Below, in pieces: positions 16,101-18,344 of a stretch of DNA of 18,344 bases. A program made the position numbers and the translations under genes. This DNA comes from Hyella patelloides LEGE 07179 (GTDB taxonomy: Bacteria; Cyanobacteriota; Cyanobacteriia; Cyanobacteriales; Xenococcaceae), in assembly GCF_900659865.1 (NCBI RefSeq), contig NZ_LR213899.1, forward strand, positions 1 to 18,344, in the 5' to 3' direction. Below the pieces are notes generated by a model. That model ran no database searches and was not told the origin of the DNA. It saw only the letters and a list, made by a program, of their open reading frames with translations. The stretch's first letter is position 1. The number at the start of each line of letters is the position of its first letter.

Positions 16101-16762
16101 CTGGTAATTGTTTCAAAACCTTTTCAGGACATACCAATCAAGTATGGTCAGTAGCTTTTCATCCCGATGGTAAAATTCTGGCTACTAGCAATAGCGATCC
16201 TATTATTAGACTATGGGATCTTGAGACAAATAATTTATTAACCAGCTTAACAGGACATAAAAATAGAGTAACATCAGTAGATTTTAGTCCGATCCTCGAT
16301 CAGGGGAGAAATAAAGGGGGGATTCTCGCCAGTGGTAGCATGGATAACGCGATCGCTATTTGGGATTATCAACAAGGTCAATTAATTAAAACTCTGAAGG
16401 GACATGATAATTGGGTGTTTTCTGTAGCCATTAGTCCCGATGGTCAAACTTTAGCTAGTGCTTCCCACGACCAAAGCGTGAGACTATGGGATATTGAGAC
16501 TGGCAAATGTCTGCATATCTGCCACGGAAATGATTATTTAGCTTCTTCTGTTGCTTTTCATCCTCACGGTCACATTGTTGCTAGTGGTTCGCAAGATCAA
16601 ACTATAAGATTGTGGGAAGTCGAAACAGGTAAGTGTCTACAAATACTGCAATTAGCCAGATTATATGAGGGCATGAACATCACTGGGGCAAAAGGTTTGA
16701 CCTCCGCTCAAAAAGCAACTCTTAAAGCTTTAGGGGCTTCATCGGGTGGAGCATTCATTTAA
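13178..16762 (+). CDS. STAND/NLR-like NTPase, full-length collinear paralog of 9267..12890
   Basis: 1194 aa, ATG start. Walker A GMGGIGKT (aa 130-137, nt 13565..13588); Walker B CLLILDNVES; [10 protein letters not shown]. Pentapeptide-like ANLQGLKLHNVNFANADLSKSVF. 14 WD40 units across aa ~562-1158 (nt ~14861..16651). Tail is LYEGMNITGAKGLTSAQKATLKALGA. The N-terminus KQARKAKGWTIDDYRWLEEASKVLG...GISEGTWKRFLSGK...FKAFCQVLGLKWQE parallels the partner gene. Confidence 0.9.
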   Translation: MVALKVSARSLAIVKQARKAKGWTIDDYRWLEEASKVLGTSWQEKGYFANGISEGTWKRFLSGKYAVNVDAFKAFCQVLGLKWQEIIDHKNHQDWGEEIDVSVFFGRSQEIKMLQKYILEDRCRLVTVLGMGGIGKTSLSIKVTQLVENKFEFVICRSLRNTPSVEQVIADFIQFVSKQKQKDLPNSLEQKVSLLLQYLSSSRCLLILDNVESILQSGNNKSPNLSRESYRVGYENYGYLIRAIAEAKHQSCLILTSRESLPELSTLEGDNLPVRCLQLTGLSHLEGQKLLSAKGSFSGTKTEWQSLVARYSGNPLALKIVSSSILDFFNGSVTDFIKVLQQDPLIFDDISDLLQQQFTRLTLLQQQIMYWLAINREPISIQNLQQDLIIPVSSRVLFQALISLQKRSLIENIDNLFSLQTVVLEYIIYQLIVKITEEIVNQNIDILNKISLVKSQAKDYLRESQETQLIRPIVNNLSNFLGRRENIKKQIDEILQSLHSQSHSQQRGYLSGNIINILRHLNIDLQGYDFSGLTVWQANLQGLKLHNVNFANADLSKSVFTETLGNILSAIFSPDGKTLATCDTDCQIRLWEVATGKLLIICKGHTNWIRSIAFSPDGNVLASGGADRTVKFWQVKDGICLKTCRGHENEIFSVAFSPDNKTLISASGDHILRLWNITTGKCIQTLEGHESYVRSVAFSPLGDLVASGSDDGTMKIWDITTGECIQTLKDHKNGVRSVAFSPDGHVLASGSSDRTVKLWDVSTGKCLATYKQHTSGVSAVAFSSDGMTLASGSCDRTVRLWNYHTGTCIRTIYGHTNQIFSLAFSPEGRKIVCVSLDQTVRIWDCHNGKCLKTWQGSTDWVFPVAFNSQGNLIASGSNDSTVRIWDWENNVCLQSLSGHSDLVCAVAFAPINSKGIVASASRDRTIRLWDVTTSKCLQILQGHEDWVYAVAFSPDGTILASGGADQTAKLWDIKTGNCFKTFSGHTNQVWSVAFHPDGKILATSNSDPIIRLWDLETNNLLTSLTGHKNRVTSVDFSPILDQGRNKGGILASGSMDNAIAIWDYQQGQLIKTLKGHDNWVFSVAISPDGQTLASASHDQSVRLWDIETGKCLHICHGNDYLASSVAFHPHGHIVASGSQDQTIRLWEVETGKCLQILQLARLYEGMNITGAKGLTSAQKATLKALGASSGGAFI

Positions 16763-16873
16763 CATTGAGCATTAAACAATTTATTTTTACTATTAGTAAA
16801 TCTCGGAAGGTGACAGAAGAGGGCCAATTCGTAATTAAGCTCAATTTTTTGTAAAGTGTATATTTAGGTAAGG

Positions 16874-16897
16874 CAGGTTATAAGCAACCTGTTTTAA
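16874..16897 (+). terminator. Candidate intrinsic terminator downstream of the plus-strand NLR-like gene
   Basis: CAGGTT (16874..16879), loop ATAAGC, AACCTG (16886..16891), followed by TTTTAATT. Short 6-bp stem, ~110 bp after the stop codon. Confidence 0.3.
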
Positions 16898-16936
16898 TTA
16901 TGTGTAATCAAAACCGACTTATAACTTATAACTTAG

Positions 16937-17353
16937 ATGAGCGATTCAACAGAAACTTTATTCGATCGAGCCATAGAGAAATATCAAGCAGGAGAAGCAG
17001 CAGAAAACTTAATCCCAACTTTTCAAGAAATTTGTACCAGCACTCCTAAAAACTCCGCAGCTTGGACTTGTCTGGCTTGGTTGTACCTTTTGCAAGAAAA
17101 ACCCCAACAAGCCCTTAAAGCAGCCCAAAGAAGCATCAAAATCGAGCCTAGGGATCCTCAAAGTCAGCTTAATCTAGCTTTGGCAATGTTAGAAATAGGG
17201 CAAAAAGGAGTCCGTAAACATATCGAAATTGTGCAACAAGCAATTGATTTCGATGAAGATATTAAAACTACTCTGAAAGAAAACATCGAAGAAGGTTTAC
17301 AAAGAAAACCCGATTGGAAAAGCTTGCAAAAAGCTAAGAATTGGTTATTTTAA
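16937..17353 (+). CDS. Small TPR-like repeat protein
   Basis: 138 aa, ATG start. AAWTCLAWLYLLQEKPQQALKAAQRSIKIEPRDPQSQLNLALAML fits the TPR helix-turn-helix consensus (W/L..Y....A...A..P). Confidence 0.55.
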   Translation: MSDSTETLFDRAIEKYQAGEAAENLIPTFQEICTSTPKNSAAWTCLAWLYLLQEKPQQALKAAQRSIKIEPRDPQSQLNLALAMLEIGQKGVRKHIEIVQQAIDFDEDIKTTLKENIEEGLQRKPDWKSLQKAKNWLF

Positions 17354-17480
17354 CAGCAATCAATTTACTACGACTTCCCTTGAGAAAATTCCAGCAAAGA
17401 AGCTAACAGTTAAGATAATAGCCAATGGCTACGAAAACTATCACTATCGACTTCATCCCCAAAATCAACAACGCCAAATT

Positions 17481-18344
17481 ATGAATTTATCAAAGCAATT
17501 ACTCATCGGTTTAAAAGCGGATGGCTTTCGTCATCCTCTAGATTTAGAAGCAACTAACACCTTAAAACAACTACCAGGATTAGACGTAGTCATTCGTAGT
17601 ATTTTAGGTTCTGTAGGGGAACAATTTTTTTATCTCAATAACATCGCCTCTAGTGTATTAGTGAGCGCAAAACAATTACCAGACTTACACAAACTATTGA
17701 TAGAAGCTTGTCAAATTCTCGATCTCGAACCTCCTCAACTATACGTACAGCAAAACCCCGTACCTAATGCTTATACCTTTGCCATGCGGGGTAAAAAGCC
17801 TTTTATTGTATTGCATACATCTTTGATCGAGATGTTAACTCCTGAAGAGATACAAGCAGTAATTGCTCACGAATTGGGTCATCTCAAATGCGAACATGGG
17901 GTGTATCTGACAATGGCTAATATCATGGTGCTAGCAACTAATCTGTTACCCACTTGGGGGACGGTGCTAGCACAGTCACTACAAGAGCGTATTTTACAAT
18001 GGGTACGTTGTGCAGAATTTAGTTGCGATCGCGCAGCTTTGTTAGCTACCCAAGACCCTAAGACTATCATGTCTGTGTTAATGAAGCTAGCGGGTGGTTC
18101 TCCTACCTTAGCTCCTCAGTTAAATTTGGATGCTTTTATCGAGCAAGCCAGAGCTTACGATGCTGCTAGTGAAGATAGCTTAGGTGAAACCCTCAGAATG
18201 ATGCAAAATGCCCAATTAAGTCACCCTGTTCCTGTAATTCGGGCTAGAGAAATTGAACGCTGGGCGAGTTCAGCACAATATCAGAATTTATTACAGCAAC
18301 ATAATAGTAAGTTAGATAATTCTGGAAAATGGCGTAATTGGTAG
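17481..18344 (+). CDS. M48-family zinc metallopeptidase (HtpX/Ste24-like)
   Basis: 287 aa, complete; the stop TAG at 18342..18344 is the last codon of the window. HExxH motif AHELGHLKCEHG (His130 at 17868..17870) with downstream EFSCDRAA, typical of soluble cyanobacterial M48 peptidases. Confidence 0.88.
   Translation: MNLSKQLLIGLKADGFRHPLDLEATNTLKQLPGLDVVIRSILGSVGEQFFYLNNIASSVLVSAKQLPDLHKLLIEACQILDLEPPQLYVQQNPVPNAYTFAMRGKKPFIVLHTSLIEMLTPEEIQAVIAHELGHLKCEHGVYLTMANIMVLATNLLPTWGTVLAQSLQERILQWVRCAEFSCDRAALLATQDPKTIMSVLMKLAGGSPTLAPQLNLDAFIEQARAYDAASEDSLGETLRMMQNAQLSHPVPVIRAREIERWASSAQYQNLLQQHNSKLDNSGKWRNW

Noticed and set aside
5833-16762. Genomic island integrated at tRNA-Val
   Set aside because: There is no integrase or recombinase. 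By eye I could not find a direct repeat of the tRNA 3' end (GTTCGAGTCGGGGTACGTCCA) downstream, for example in 8511..9266 or 16763..16936. HIP1 density stays high throughout, arguing for native DNA.
17425-17484. 19-codon upstream ORF (MATKTITIDFIPKINNAKL) overlapping the M48 start in an ATGA arrangement
   Set aside because: No RBS and no recognisable peptide features, and such short frames arise by chance in AT-rich leaders. Only ribosome profiling would justify revisiting it.
17879-18070. 63-aa minus-strand ORF
   Set aside because: Antisense shadow inside the M48 peptidase gene.

Overview
AT-rich window dense in the octamer GCGATCGC (HIP1), so almost certainly cyanobacterial chromosome. I see no transposase, integrase, CRISPR array or rRNA. 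Left to right: a possible LysE-like gene remnant; a minus-strand Nfu_N/HEAT-repeat protein; a small LapA-like membrane protein; a tight minus-strand three-gene cluster (MotA/ExbB-type channel subunit with a ~220-aa helical C-terminal tail, then two paralogous ExbD/TolR-like single-pass proteins); a divergent lipoprotein; tRNA-Val(GAC); ~620 bp without a credible CDS carrying a MITE-like hairpin; a convergent NarL-type two-component pair (HisKA_3 kinase, REC-LuxR regulator); a 756-bp gene-free gap rich in palindromes; two large paralogous STAND/NLR-like genes (1207 and 1194 aa) arranged head-to-head 287 bp apart; a small TPR protein; and an M48 (HExxH) peptidase. Each NLR-like protein reads short N-terminal HTH-like/adaptor domain, NB-ARC P-loop NTPase, short pentapeptide stretch, 14 WD40 repeats, C-terminal cap motif. 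The two best candidates for an undescribed system are (1) the head-to-head NB-ARC-WD40 pair, which has no recognisable enzymatic effector and shows recent WD-repeat homogenisation, and (2) the tailed MotA/ExbB plus two ExbD-like cluster, a stator-like module with no obvious TonB, flagellar or Zorya partner. All domain calls come from reading motifs by eye; no database search was run.
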